Source of the DNA: Eledone cirrhosa
Lineage: Eukaryota
DNA length: 64,000 nt
Reading direction: 5' to 3'
NCBI GenBank assembly: GCA_964016885.1
Contig: OZ024740.1
Location: 181,040,001 to 181,104,000 of the forward strand
Shown: positions 36,431-50,638 of the stretch, in pieces
Layout: each line of letters starts with the position of its first letter
How positions within the stretch are numbered: position 1 is the stretch's first letter
The notes under the pieces: generated by a model
What the model was told of the DNA's origin: nothing
The model's database searches: none
The model's input: only the letters and a program-made list of their open reading frames with translations
Translations under genes and position numbers: made by a program

Positions 36431-36432
<2 letters not shown>
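34640..36432 (+). mobile_element. Decayed PLE (Nematis-like GIY-YIG) with pLTR HHR and repeated inverted 5' arms
   Basis: CNCHLP, VYLCT..HYTGST..FKKGWYVH..TTLANKIWQL. 34640-34826 contains reverse complements of 36365-36432. Confidence 0.75.
36271..36381 (+). ncRNA. Type-I hammerhead ribozyme with long stem II (core variant CCGATGA)
   Basis: AGTATT-CCGATGA-T-TTGATCAGGTA..TACCTAATCAA-T-GAAA-CAATTG-TT^AATACT. Palindromic stem III ACAATTGT, then AATAAA. Confidence 0.75.
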
Positions 36433-36461
<29 letters not shown>

Positions 36462-36575
36462 CGTTTGTATATGTATAATAAAGCCAAAACAATGCAGGTA
36501 TGGACATAGAATAAAGAATGCAAATGCAAAAGATATTGTTGACAATTAGTCTTTTACCTAAGATTTATTTAAAAG

Positions 36576-36610
36576 TCCTTAATTTTCGAGATAATACCTC
36601 TTCTTCGGAG
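36576..36610 (-). ncRNA. Degenerate HHR-like motif
   Basis: Minus strand TCCGAAGA-A-GAGG-tatta-TCTC-GAAA-ATTA-AGGA, followed by AATAAA. Confidence 0.35.
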
Positions 36611-39409
36611 CGAAGTAAAGTGGTTAAACCAGTGTTCTAAATAGCTTGCCAAGTCATGCTGACAGGAAATGGTATAGAGTATCTGTTCTACCTCTAATTT
36701 CAAAGAGTTAAGGTTAGCTGGATAAAGAGTAGTCTCCATTTAAAAGGGGTTTTAATGTACATGCCTGTTTAAATGTGTGGGAGGTGTCAAGTATGTGTGT
36801 GAGTGTGAGAAGATATGTCTATACGTAAATGTGGGGGATAGATGTTACCTCCTGTTAGAACTGGTCTTTGTTATGTATGTGTGTGTGTGAGAGGGAATAA
36901 GTGGAGGTGTAAGCGTGTGTGTGTGTGTGTGCGTGTGTGTGGGAGAGGGGTGTAAATATGGGGCTAGATGCTCTATCAAGTTATTAATTGGGTGTTGAGT
37001 TCTAGTCTATTATTGATTGAAGGTTGTGTTTTGTCTATTCATCAGATGAAATATATTTATTATGGATAACATAATAAAGATATCCATAATAAAGTTATTT
37101 CATATGATGAGCGATATCAGACGTTTCTGTTTGAATCGTCTAACTTCGCGAAAACTTGGGCAATGCAATAATTATATCGTGTTATTTATTGCATAATTAA
37201 ATAGCTCTGTACTTAACATAGACCACTCTTCTTTCTTTTAACTTTTCTACGGAAATACTTAAATATATATATATATATATATGCGTGTGTGTCTGTATGT
37301 CTATGTGTGTGTGTTTGTGTGTGAGTATGTATCTATGTTTATATATACGTACGTCTGGGTGTGGGGCTGTGCGTGTGTGTCAATATGTATCAAACTGCAC
37401 AATATAACTACATTTATGAGAATATAATGTGCCTCGCTCTCTCTAAAACAATTCACAACATTAACCTTTCCAAACTCACAGCTTTTCTCCTCAATCCTAT
37501 GGACGTACTCAAGTAAATGTGAAGCACAAATACCTTATCTTCATTGGAACTGGAGAAATTTATTATTGATTATTTTTTCACACAAACTGATGTTATCGTA
37601 CCACCTCTGAAGTAACTGCCGCAGTTCTATAAGATAATTGCATCGTAATTAGAAGATATTTTAAATTTGCAAAGATTATATTTTTTAATCAATTTTTGGC
37701 ATAATGTCTTCTCTTTCTTTTCTACTTTCCCACTTACTTTCTTGCGTTTTCTTCCTTTCTCTTTAACTCTTTCAAATCTCCCACTCGCTTTCTCTATTTC
37801 ACCAAACGAAGAAGTAACACGGAGAAATATATCTATCTAAAGTCGACTACATTTAATTTTATTCATCGTTTGATGAATTTACAGTAATGAAAATGATGGG
37901 GTAGGATGAACATTATTTAGGTATATAAATTCGTCAGGTCTATGACATGGTCATCTGGAGTGGTTATATGTCGCATATTTCTAAAGTTGGAACATAAAAT
38001 TGAATATTTGTAACGATTGTTAATTTTCTTAAATTTATCAATGACGTAAAGAAGATAATATGCTTTCGATTTTAAACCAAAACGTCATCGATGTTCTATG
38101 AAAATAGGAGTATTAATTTCTGAATTATTGTGTCACAGATTAGAGAATTCGCATTCTTTCTTCTCAGTCTTTATTTGCTAAAGTATATCACACGATGCAG
38201 CTGTGTTTTTGTTTATGACATAACATTGAAATAATTCAAAACAGAAATCACAAAACATCTTGTCAATGAGGTAAAATGAAATTGTATTCATTCCGTCTGA
38301 TATGTTTCTGATTTTGTTCCTTTAACACTTGTAGTTGTATGGTATAATCACCACGAATTGATTGTGCCTAACAACATTAAGTTCGAAGAAAGGCTCTCAT
38401 GAAATACTCTATATAAAGTTTGCTTTTATCCTCAAATGCTTGAACATTTCGTTGCATTATCCATGTTGGAATATATTCAGTTGTAACATATTACTTCCAA
38501 TTCTCGCAGTGTAAGATTTTGCTTTTAGTGATGAAACAATAGAATTTAAGTAATATCGCCACTCAGTGCATGCTGACTTACAGTCTACTTGGAATCATTC
38601 ATTCCGTGCGTCGTAGATGGCTGCATTATCAATTCAGTAAGCTGTAAATTTCTTCATTATCATATAACAATGTAAGTAAAATCCTTCAAAATATATGCAC
38701 TATAACGCACGTAAAAAATTATATAAAAGTGGAGGTTTAGAATCTAAACAGAAAACATAATTTAAAAAAATAATAAATCATTGTTAATAATGTCCTTGGA
38801 TAAACCGATGTTGGAATATGCGTTCCAATCTATCCGTACAAGACACATGCAGCAGCTGGCAATGCGTCTTGTCTCACTGTAAATCAATATGAAATATTAC
38901 TAACACTTATCACTTTCAGAAACAAAATATTTGAATATGTCGCGAAGTTGATTTATATTCCACGGCGCAGTTCATTATAGTTATCTCGTAAGAATAACGT
39001 AGCTGAATGACGGGATATTTCTGTGTCTCAGTGAATTGTCATTATTCATCCGGGCATTGAAACACGTTTCCTTGCATATAACTGATGATATCTCTTCTAT
39101 GGAGGTGGCAGGACACATTTTTAAATACGAGTCATAATCTAGTTCTCAAGAAAGCAACGATAACGACTCAAGTGGCAATATTAAATCACCCGGCAACCAG
39201 TCCAAGTTATGTGGGATGGCATGGTCCGCAACATCCCAGGCAGTTATAAGGTATCATATTGGTATTGCGTTTCTTGGGCGTTTTTAAAATATGGTGGTGC
39301 TCACCTTTCTCCAGGTCTGAACATACCTTTTTTTTCTTCCAGAGAAGGAAAGAGAGTGATAAAGAGGAAATGAGAAAAAAGAGATATGGAGAAAGAATAG
39401 ACCTTAGTA

Positions 39410-39550
39410 TTGGACTAGTACTATTTTCATCGATATCAACGGAGAGTAGGCAAAGTTGACCTTCGAAGGATTTGAACTCCGAGTATAAATAGCCGAAAAG
39501 AGTACCGCTAATTATTCTATGCGACGTTAAAACAACTTTGCCAATTCACA
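39410..39550 (-). mobile_element. Old diverged SINE copy
   Basis: GTACTATTTTCATCGA..GGCAAAGTTGACCTTCGAAGGATTTGAACTC..TGCCAATTCAC matches the SINE core. Confidence 0.6.
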
Positions 39551-42500
39551 GCCCTCACCAAGCTGTATAGAAGGCTCAACATGAGCCATTACAATGACTT
39601 TCGATAGGTCAGAAATAGCAATACTATTACCTGCAAGAGTAGTTTAATGTCATAAAATAGAAGTATTTACACGGCTGGAATGTATTTGATCATGGGGTTA
39701 TTTAGGAAATAAAACATATATATCTTAGTTCAACTATATGAATATAGATTTAAAATATCTGGTTCGTACATAAAACTTAATCCACGTATATGATATTTGT
39801 AATTTTACTTTATCTCAAAAATGCATATTGATGGGTACGAGCCACCGATATCTAATTTTCAATCTTCAAGAATCTAAGATTAAGAGATTAATCATTGGCG
39901 CAAAACAACCAACAAAAATTATCTTTATTGTAACCTCATATGTGTAAAAAGAGTAATTGCTATATTCATGTGTTAAGCTGAAAAGAAGAAATATTTCTAG
40001 GCTGGAGAAAGTTTATATTTTGATAATAGCCCCGAAAAAAGAAGTAAATTATTTGAACATTCGAGAATAAACGGTGTTTGGAATGAGGCTTATATGTATT
40101 TTTGCATATATGTGTTTTTGCATGAGCCACCCATAATAAATGTGTTATAAAGTAGGATTTTTCATCCGATTTCTAGGGCATACTTTGTCACATATAAATT
40201 CATCCTTCCATCTAATGACAAGATGCAACAGGAAAATATAACACAATCAAGAAAAGAAAACGCAGGATATTTTGTTAAAACAGTAACATTCTCGGTCCCA
40301 TGAGTATAATAAATTATCATTGCTGATGGAATGTTGCTTGTGGAACAGATTACAAACACAGAGAACAATAGTCATACCCCTCATCTTCGCCTACAAGGTT
40401 TTCCTAGTTGACGACTGGTTTTGATATTGTTATAGTTTCTTTTTGTTTTTTTTCGGTTTGCTATTTTACAAATATTTCTCACTTCATAACGAAAAAATTA
40501 CGAGTGGAACAGCGACTGAATTAACATGGCATTCATTATCAGATTACTGATAAGAAAGTATATAGCATATACGACCGTGACACATCATTTCTCACGAGAA
40601 AACGAAGGGTTGTCTAAGTACATACCATGCACAGTCAGTACACAAACATAACAACAGCATCAATAATTCTACCATCACATCAGAGTGCACGGGAAACAAT
40701 CACTATGCAATTGACATATGGTAACCAGGTGACTGATACAAACAGCATGTGTTTATTAGCAACAAACTTGCATCACCGTCCTGAAATAACTCTGCAAACA
40801 TGCTGCATTGCGTTTGATCTAATGCACTGCTAATAATCTAAACAACAACGTAGCAATGTTTTATTCCACGTATTTACAAGGTTATACCATACTGCGCCAG
40901 TCTCTGTGCTGGACAAAACAAAGTGGATAAAGCAGCACATAAAGATTGATTCGGAAATCCTTCGCGCATTCATGAAGCTGACGGAGCAAGGTGGTCTGCA
41001 GGAAGCGATAACTTGTGAATTGGTAAACTTTTATGCCTATTGTACGTTGAAAAATAGATCGTTTTAAACAATTCTTTTATTTAAGATTTCGCCTTTTTTG
41101 AAGACATCTGATACACTGCATCAAGTTCCTTCCTATAGATTGAATATGTGCGCTTATTCAGCAGAATAAGGCACCAAGACACGGTAAAATGGTGGCCATG
41201 TTTGGTATGGGACTAAAAATGCTGAAATACTACATGCTTCTACAAAGCAATCATAGATTTTGTTATAATGCAATGTAATGTTCATTGTACAACACAAATG
41301 TATCGTGAGGAGTGTGTAGATGTGACCCCAACATTACGCGAGCTTTCATGATAAACTTTATTACTCGAAGAATATGCATATCATTTTTATAGTTAAGCTG
41401 GATAATTAACAGGCTGATTTATTGTTTTATACTATTTTCCGTAATCCTAAGCACTATTTTGAAACTTTTATTCGATTTCTGAATTAGTATACTTAATTCT
41501 CAAAGCGAACTGGTGTCTGAGATAAATTAACATGAAATATTGATGGTTAGAACTAAAATACATGTTTACTTACTGGATTTCAATATTATGGGAAAATAGA
41601 TTTCCTCAGATAAAATATTCTGTTTTCTCAAATCAGCAATACCAATTACTTATTAAATGTGCTACATCTTTTTGTTTCTTATATTATATTTTATAGAATT
41701 TCTTCTTTAAGTTAAAACATTTTTTACAACTAGAGTGTCAATATTGATCATACAAATATCTAATTTTACGCATTTTCCAGTGAATGTAGGAAACGAAATT
41801 CATATCAGTAATGTTATACTAACAACTTCTCTGTCTTCTTAATCTCGGATCTCAACACTCTGAAAGGAATTTCAGAATGTACAGATATATCGGAGGGCTA
41901 TGAAATCCTTCTCACACTTGATTAATTTCCCTTCAACATTTATTGAGATTCTCTTCGCTTCATAAAAAGTTGATGCTAAATAGGCTTTGAAAGAAAAATC
42001 TGTTTTAACCTGTTTGTAATCCCAAACAATGCTTTTACTATTGCTTAAATTAGACAAAAGACATTTTGGTTGTAAAGATATTATTTATGTGGTGCCTGAT
42101 TGAAATATTAATGTCTTTAGAAAAGAAACATTTAAAAAATACTATTTACAACGTAATTCCTTAAAGGAAATTTTTAAAATATATTTTTGAGACTTTTTTA
42201 CTATATGCTTTTGCGTTGAATTTTATCTCTAAAACATTTTTTGGATATATCTCCAAAAAGCAAATATATTTCAAAGTAATGTATCTTGTTGTAATAGATT
42301 TCATATTGAATCAATGGCGTGGAAAATGTTAGGCAGTAAACATTCGTTATGTATTCAAAGTTGAAGAAATTATTATGAATAAAAGTAAAGAAACAATAAA
42401 AAGGTTTTGTTTGGGTTAAATCTCTCCTTAAAAGAAATGCACGACTTAAAAACAAAAAATCGCACAACAAAAACCAAATATCCATATGAAATTACTTCAA

Positions 42501-43919
42501 ACAGCCACATCATGAAAGCGAATATTTTATATATTATTATAGAAATGTTAAGAAAGAATTGTGATAGAATTGTGAAGGGAACCAAATATAATGGATAAAT
42601 AAATTGATAATAACAATAACCAGAAAGCATTGCTTATACTTCTGTAAATCCTTTTTCTCACTTTAATATTATTACTGTCTAAAATTCAGTAGTTGCCAAA
42701 TGTTATAATATTGTTATGAATCTTTCTGACTCATATGAAAGGAATAAAATTAATTGAATCCCAAATACGTTCTTTATGTTTGAACATAAAGCCGAGTTTC
42801 ATTTTCTCATATATTGTTACAGAATATATCTCGAAATAATTAATATGTAAACATGACAATTACAATTTGATAACCTATGTCTTACATATTTGATGACTGT
42901 TGCAGTCCGTGTTCAGTTTGCCGTGTTTGGGAAGGTGGGTAATCCGCCTTCAATTTGCCGAATTTGGAAGGTCAGTTGCAAGTTGGTTTAGTAGGAGGCA
43001 TGCGTGTAGGTTCAGTTTAGAGTGTTTGCTCAGTATTTTGTGTGCTAATTGGAGCAAACAGCGGTCTTTTAAGGAATATAATGAGGACACTATGTAAACA
43101 CAAAATGTTTCTTTTATGAATATTTTAAAATATTTTGAACGTATCGAATTTTTATTTAACTACAAATAAAACGTACGAATTGAACAATGTTCTAAGTGAT
43201 GATTTGTTTATTGACTTTGAGAATTAATGCGAAAATTAATAGTTTAAAGTAAATACATATACGCTGATCATATATCATAAATGTAAGTGTAGTCTCCCTA
43301 CGAATTGGTCTCTTTGGATACATCATGTAGATTTTAGTGTGTAGAATGCAAAATTACCGACACGCCTGTTTTTTTTCTATTGTTGATTCGTTTCGAATCG
43401 TCTGACAAGCCTTTCAACAGCTGAAATGACGATGTATCGATAATAGCATGGAGTATGATTAAATATATTTAATTGGAAAAGTAATAAGCAGAAGCACAGC
43501 TGTTATTAAAACACCCACAAACGTATTAATATAGTGTTGCATCTTCATAATCAGCAAAAAGATTAGGATTATTTGACATATTGTACACTATTCCCTGATT
43601 TATTCAATGTTTATTGTATCCCACATTATTTTGGAATTGTATTGAATAATGCCCAATTAATTAGCGTTAGATTGTTTAGCTTACGATCATAATCCTGTGT
43701 TGTGCATTATACTGTGTTCTTGAGGAATTCACTTCATTCCAGGCTGTACCAGTACACTTAGCTGCAGTAACTAGGGGCTTAATCCTGCGATGCAGTGGTG
43801 TCCGAGTCTTGTAATCTCAGTCGGTTAATGCAGGGGAAGCCGGGATAAGCACTGTCAGGTTTGCGAGAGGATTTAGACTTAGAAATTCACAGCATTAAAT
43901 TACTGACACTTATGGGTGT

Positions 43920-44549
43920 AGGATTGGAAGCGTCGTTAGAGAATCGGACAACATGCGTTGTCGCCCATAGTTACATCCATTTATGTTCTGAATTCTTATC
44001 CCACCGAGGTTAGTTTTTCCTTTCATCCTTACTGGGTCGAACAAATAAAGTACCAGTAAGTGCATTACTGGTACTTTATTTCAATCTACCGGTAAAGATG
44101 AAAGGCAAAGTTAACATCGACGGGATTTGAACTCAGACCGTAAAGGGACGTAACTATGCGGGAAAGCATGATGTCCGACCCTCTACCAATACGGCCAATT
44201 CCCCTACGCCATCTGATACTAATAATTGTTTCTACTTTTTGGCACAAGGCCTCAAATTATACAGTGTATTACTGGTACTTTATTTTATCGACCCCGTAAG
44301 GACGAAAGGCAAATTTAACCTCGGTAGGCAAAGTTAAACAGATACTAGTAATTGTTTCTACTTTTGGCACAATACCAGCAATTAACCAGTACATTACTGG
44401 TACTTTATTTTATCGACCCCGTATGGATGAAAAGCAAAGTTAACCTCGGCGGGATTTGAACTCAGATCATAAAGGGACGTAACTATGCTGGAAAGCATTC
44501 CGACCCTCTAACGATACTGCCAATTCACCGCAAAACTGATACTAATAAT
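43920..44549. mobile_element. Cluster of four SINE copies (one plus, three minus)
   Basis: Plus ~43920-44059; minus 44064-44210, 44226-~44325 and 44353-44531. CTGATACTAATAAT-like sequence occurs three times (44212, ~44339, 44536). Confidence 0.85.
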
Positions 44550-44751
44550 ACTCGCCACTTAGCCATGATAAAATGCACATATATATTTATATATTTGGGA
44601 GGCCATCCGTCGTTGTCATCTTATCGCTGGAAAGGTCGATTCCGTATCTATCATTTGTTTATATTTTGCTGCAACCTAGAGGGGCTACTGAATTAAATAT
44701 TTGAAATATATATTCATTACACTTATTGATGTAGCCGATTGTCGTACGTAA

Positions 44752-46330
44752 TTCATTGATATGTCCAGCTCCTGGCTGTGTTGTTAATCCTAAAGGAACT
44801 GGAAGCATATGAGCAATGTTAGCGTCCAAAGGATATGCACCCATCATGGCGTCCAAAGGATATGCAGAGGCATGAAGGTTTGAATAGTGGACCCGGTACC
44901 GACCTGAGGAACTCCAACCGATCCAGGGAACCGGCACCTGGCTCAGGGATCACCCACCCCAAACTACGCAACTCGGACCCCACAATAGGTATTCAGGGGT
45001 CGACCACTCCATGCAACTGCAGAACCCCCATATTATACCCCCATTGGTAATGAATGCCTAATGAAGAAGTTAGTATACGGATGTAGAATTGCAACCCCCA
45101 ATTCTGAGCACATTTACATAGGAGTCACATCGACGAGCTTTAAAGACAGATGGTTTAACCATCGCTATTCCTTTAATAGGGAGGACAAGAGGAAATGTAC
45201 GGCTGTTTCCGAACTGATCTGGAAGCTCAAGCTGCACAGGACCCCATACTTTCTGGCCTGGTCCAAGATTAGAAAAGGGGGGGGGGGTCTGGCATCTGCA
45301 ACCTCTGTATTAGCGAGACTCTCGAGATACTCAGTGGTGGGAATATCCTAATCAACCGATTTCTTTGGTATTGGTACTTTTAGACACCATAGGGCGGGAA
45401 CTTCCATCAAGCTATATGGATAGCAACCCGTCATACCATGCCGAAGGTACACCAAACCCACCCCCTATACACGTCTCTATCCCCTCTCTCATACCGCCTC
45501 AATTAGCACAAATAACACCACACTTACCTAGCACCTCGAACCGTGCCTCACACCGCTTTTGTCCACCGTTCTCTCTCACTTCCTTAACCAGAACCCAAGT
45601 TAGCGCACAGTAGATAATTAGCGAGGCAAAGTACGTCGGCGGAGTGCTACCCTGTGTGCAACCAGGCACCCCACGTTTCCGAACACCGGACCTCAACACC
45701 CAACCAGGACTTGTGATCCGCGTATCTGGAGGATATCCTGCTTCGAATCTGACCCACTTTGCACGCAAATGTCAGTGTTAAATACCACAAGTAAATAGGA
45801 CACGCTGACCAGCTAACAATACTACCACTACCACTACAGTAAATTAGGTCAGCTGGACTTGAACCATGCTGATAAAAGCAACAATAACAGGCTGACCTGT
45901 TTCTGATGAATTTCAATAGACTTTCGACTGGGGTGGGTATGATAACTGATCAATGAGATGGGAGCATATCCTTTCGATGGTAACATTTCGTTTATTTTAG
46001 CACATATGATTCCAGTTCCTTTAAAGACTAACAACACACCCAGTAGCTGGACATATCAATGAATTAACAGCCTAGACCCCCATTACAACGTCATGTTTTC
46101 CTGTTTTTTCTGCCTAAATTCTTACTGCCTGATGGGGTCACAGCCAATAATGGCAGTAACTGAAATATGTATAGCAGCGAATTGGAATAAACGAAGCCAA
46201 CTTTAACATGTTTCACTTACATTTATTATTTTACCTTATTCCGGAGTGAACAAACCAATCTGTGTACTTCGTTGAGTGCTTATTCCTGCATACTCAGGTG
46301 TAGGTAAACAACAAGCACATACTCAAAACT
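44752..46330 (+). mobile_element. 5'-truncated PLE (Nematis-like GIY-YIG) with inverted pLTR piece and HHR
   Basis: PCNCR, KKLVYGC..IYIGVTSTSFKDRWFNHRYSF..SELIWKLK, CNLCISE. 44752-44846 is the reverse complement of ~45957-46063. Confidence 0.8.
46125..46177 (+). ncRNA. Type-I hammerhead ribozyme (core variant CTGATGG)
   Basis: CTGC-CTGATGG-GGTCACAGCCA-ataa-TGGCAGTAACT-GAAA-TATGTA-TA-GCAG. Confidence 0.7.
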
Positions 46331-46386
46331 TATATATGTACTAGCTGGCCCGTACGCCCGGCTACCATTGGCGTGTTCTACGGTAT

Positions 46387-46444
<58 letters not shown>

Positions 46445-46449
<5 letters not shown>

Positions 46450-46629
46450 TAAGAGGAATTCCAACTTTGTCTGATTTAATCGTTTTATTTACAATCCTTT
46501 AAAATTTATGATGGTATTATAATGAAATAGTATGATAGGATATTAAATGTTAAGTGTTAATTGAACAAGTACTTTCATGCTTTCGCAATCTTCAGGTTCA
46601 TAATGTGTGGTGACAGTCAAGTTTGCAAT

Positions 46630-46634
<5 letters not shown>
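46445..46634 (-). mobile_element. Solo pLTR fragment of the Neptune-like PLE in (TA)n, with HHR at 46562-46600
   Basis: Near-identical to 58168-58361. (TA)n on both sides. Confidence 0.85.
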
Positions 46635-46667
<33 letters not shown>

Positions 46668-46969
46668 TTCAAGAGTAACCAATCTTAAAGGGAGAGATGT
46701 AGATAGGAAAGGAGATAGGAGAGGAGAGATTGGTGAATTAGTTAGAAGCCAAATCGTAAAGGTATGTGCTCAATGTGCAATATGCAGTGAAAAGCAGCTA
46801 GGTGGCTGGGTTCATGCAGAAGTTAGGCGCACAGAGCTGGAAAAATTCATTAGTTATACAAAACAAGACCACAAATTTCACAAGGAAGACATTATTAAAA
46901 GATTGTCAACATATTTTAGTTTGATGTAAGGAATGTAGAGAATAATAATAATAATATTAATAATAATAA

Positions 46970-47103
46970 TTGTTTCTACCTTTGGCACAAGGCCAGCAAT
47001 TACCCAGTACATTACTGGTACTTTATTTTATCGACCCCGCAAGGATGAAAGGCAAAGTCAACCTCGGTGGGATTTGAACTCAGATCGTAAAGGGACGTAA
47101 CTA
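46970..47103 (-). mobile_element. 5'-truncated SINE in (AAT)n
   Basis: TGTTTCTACCTTTGGCACAAGGCCAGC..GGATTTGAACTCAGATCGTAAAGGGACG. Confidence 0.85.
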
Positions 47104-47755
47104 TAATAATAATAATGTCCGTTTACAATTGTTTCGCTACTCCATATAATATTTCTGGATCACATGACTATATATCATTATTGATCTGGTTCAGTTGAAA
47201 ATAATTAACACAGTTAAAGCTAGAGAGGCTCATCGGAACTTCAAAGGAATATATATTAAAATAAGGAGAGAATGCTACCTAAATGTAATTTTCCATATAT
47301 TGGTATTTCACTATGGTGTCCTGGGTGTATCAATTGTCATCCATAATCAAGCAATATTCTTCTGTCGAGGCTGCATGGTGTGAGATCTGCCTATGGGTAA
47401 CAAGATGGCCGCCAATGTACATATTTACCTTACTAATTAGAGGGTGGTTACAGGGGAAGTAACTCCTCGAGATATTAGAAATTGTGGGTAGTTTATAGTT
47501 AAGTGCTATTTTTTTATTTTTTTGTTGATAGACAATGTAAAGGAGGTAACTTATAATTATTAGCTACAAGTAAAAATGGGGCTAGATGACTATGTTGGTC
47601 AAATAGTCTGTTGGCGAAGGAATTAGCCCTTCGATTTTGACAGCTAATAGTTACCTCCGTTCTATCGTTAATCGGTAGAGGTCACGATAGAGTTATTTAA
47701 TAGAGAGTCACAAGAGTTTCTTCGTCCATTGAACGGTGGGGCCCTAGCTAAGATA

Positions 47756-47958
47756 GTATTTGTGTAAGTGTGTCTGTGTTTGCATGTTTATATTTATATA
47801 CTCATACATAAATGTATTCACATGCACATACACACACATACATAAACGCACAGTAATACAGAGTGTGTGTATGTATGTGTGTGTATGTGCATATGCATAC
47901 ATTTATGTATGAGTATATAAATATAAACATGCAAACACAGACACACTTACAAAAATAC
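47756..47958. repeat. ~85-bp inverted repeat (low complexity)
   Basis: 47756-~47843 is the reverse complement of ~47870-47958. Confidence 0.75.
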
Positions 47959-48009
47959 ATTCAAACGCACACATACTGGTAGGAGTGAAAAGGCCTTGGA
48001 TTGAATTGG

Positions 48010-48305
48010 ATTGATACAATATATGATGTATGATATGATGACATGATGATGATATATGTATGGTATGATATTATATATGATATGATATGATGATATATGT
48101 GATATATATGATATATGATGTCGTGTGGTATGGTGTGATGTGATGTGATATTTGATGTGATATATGTGATGTGATATATGGGATGCGATATATGGGATGC
48201 GATATATGGGATGCGATGTGATATCTGATATGTGACATGTGATGTGATATATATGTGTAAGATATGTGATGTGATATGATATAATATGATTATATATATC
48301 ATGAT
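48010..48305. repeat. GATAT/GATGT low-complexity repeat
   Basis: Degenerate pentamer array. Confidence 0.8.
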
Positions 48306-48621
48306 GTTGATCAAACTTTTTCTTTTTCTTTCCTTTTTCTGGTTCCAGTTCAGATGAATGCCTAACTTCCTACACAGAATTTGTGGTTCCGAAAATCTCA
48401 CCGCGGCACAATGATTGTGTACGACGAACCCTGTGTCTTACTGAAAACTGTTTGGTGGAACGAGATCCAGCCACGTATAATGTAGTCACTTGCAAGCCTC
48501 TCTGTGATGTAAGTACGAAACTACTCTCTTCTTTTGTTCATTGTCTATGGTGCTATATGTAGCATGTACGGCTGAGGAAGTCAGAATACAACTGAAAGAT
48601 GTCAAGAGTTGTCTCCCATTT

Positions 48622-48686
<65 letters not shown>

Positions 48687-48688
<2 letters not shown>

Positions 48689-49451
48689 CAACACTACTAA
48701 AAATAAGGGTAGAGGTCAGATGTACTTAACAATAGCAAAAACAAACACTACAGGGAGCCTCACCCCCCCAAAATGTCTATAGACTTTTGACTGAGGAATG
48801 CTCTCAAAACTGACCAATGGGAGGAGTGAACTTACACATTTTTATAACATTGAGATTGGGTATAACACACACACATTTTATTTTATTATTTTATTTTGTT
48901 CCTTTACCGTCTTATTCCTTCTACCACTTTATCATTTTTTTGAGCTGACTCCAACACCAACACCAATACCAACATAAGAGTAGAGGTCAGATGTACTTAA
49001 CAATAACAAGAACAACTACTACAGATTGCCTTGCCTCAAAAAGAATTTCTATAGACTTTTGACTCAGGAATGTTCTCACAACTGACCAATGAGAGGAGAA
49101 GATGTCCTTTGACGCTGAAATTCGTTTGTTTAAATTCATATGATTCCAGTTCCTCAGTAAAACAACAACCCAAACAGGAACTGGGCATATCAGAGTATTG
49201 ACAAAGTTGAACCCATCAGCAACATGTGTACTCGTCTCTACGACACTAATTCGGACTGCCTGAAGAGGTCACAGCCAAAGATGGCTGTCACCGAAATATA
49301 TATAGCAGTAATAAACGAAGCCAAATTTTAAACTTTGACTTATTTATTTTATTTTATTTTACATTATTCTTGAGTAACCAAACCAACCTGCGCACATCGT
49401 CGAGTGCTCCAATCTGCATACTGAGGTGTTGGTATACAACCAACATATACT

Positions 49452-49456
<5 letters not shown>
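48687..49456 (+). mobile_element. Non-coding pLTR-type element in (TA)n with internal ~120-bp direct repeat and intact HHR
   Basis: 48706-48826 vs 48978-49098. 49100-49456 is homologous to 45965-46330. Confidence 0.75.
49255..49309 (+). ncRNA. Type-I hammerhead ribozyme, canonical core
   Basis: ACTGC-CTGAAGA-GGTCACAGCCA-aaga-TGGCTGTCACC-GAAA-TATATA-TA^GCAGT, then AATAAA. Confidence 0.9.
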
Positions 49457-49497
<41 letters not shown>

Positions 49498-49504
49498 CTT
49501 TTAG

Positions 49505-49578
<74 letters not shown>

Positions 49579-50327
49579 TAGATAGATAGATAGATAGATA
49601 GAGAGAGAGAGTGAGAAAGCGAGGGAGAGAGAAAGAGAGGGGGAGGGAGAGGGAATCGAATTACGATTTCGCTTCAGGCATAGCTGCATAGCGATATGTA
49701 ATGAAATTTCGTCTTTCTAAAGATAGACACCATGTTTATAGATAAACATTTAGAAAGCCGTAGCTATACAAAACCCAAAGCGGCTAATATATATATGTCT
49801 ATCTGTGATTATGTGTGTGTGTGTCTGTATTTGTGTATAAAGTTGTCTTTCCGGCCCATATCTTATATCCCTGTGATTGTCTCTGGACTGTATGCCCCAT
49901 GGATAATTGTTTTGCTGGCCTATCACCATGATTAATTAATCTACACACCAGGCGGTAATATAAATTAAGGATGACAGCGACATCATAACTTTTATTCTTA
50001 TTTCTTACAGGACGCTATAAGGTATTATTAAATTTAATTGTAATAAATGTAAAAAAATAATTGTATTAAATTTGTACGGGCAAATGAAAAAAAAAATAAT
50101 TCATCAAATTACAGAATTATTATTCGTAGCCATCTTATTATATTTGAATATATACAGTAGTAAAATATATTTCTAAATAGTTTGTGTACTGTTTAGTCTT
50201 CAGGCACTCGTCAATTACACATCATATTTATAATATGATATTGATTTCTAAAGATATTTGGTAGACATGTATATATGCACTAATCTGAACTCACGCGCTC
50301 AAACATAGAGATAAACATAAATAAAGA

Positions 50328-50392
<65 letters not shown>

Positions 50393-50638
50393 ATCAAAAG
50401 ATGGTTAAATGAGTACCATTAACCATTTAACCATCTTTTGATCTTATATATTATGTATACTCCTGTCCTACAAACTGTAAAGTGCTTCTTATCCGATATC
50501 TGCATTCCTTTATTGTACTACATTAAAACTCACCTCCTACATATATATATATATATATATAATGAAAGAGGTGTGGCAAGGAACCAGATGGACCATAACG
50601 CACCAGAGTACTCAATACTTAGGGTAGTAGAGTGGGTA

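Noticed and set aside
40880-40950. CAGQNK motif resembling Sola-type transposases
   Set aside because: The preceding catalytic Asp context is missing and no TIRs or extended frame are visible.
36650-43900. Possible host exons in the repeat-poor stretch
   Set aside because: No ORF with recognisable motifs or convincing splice-bounded coding segment. Short exons cannot be excluded without RNA-seq.
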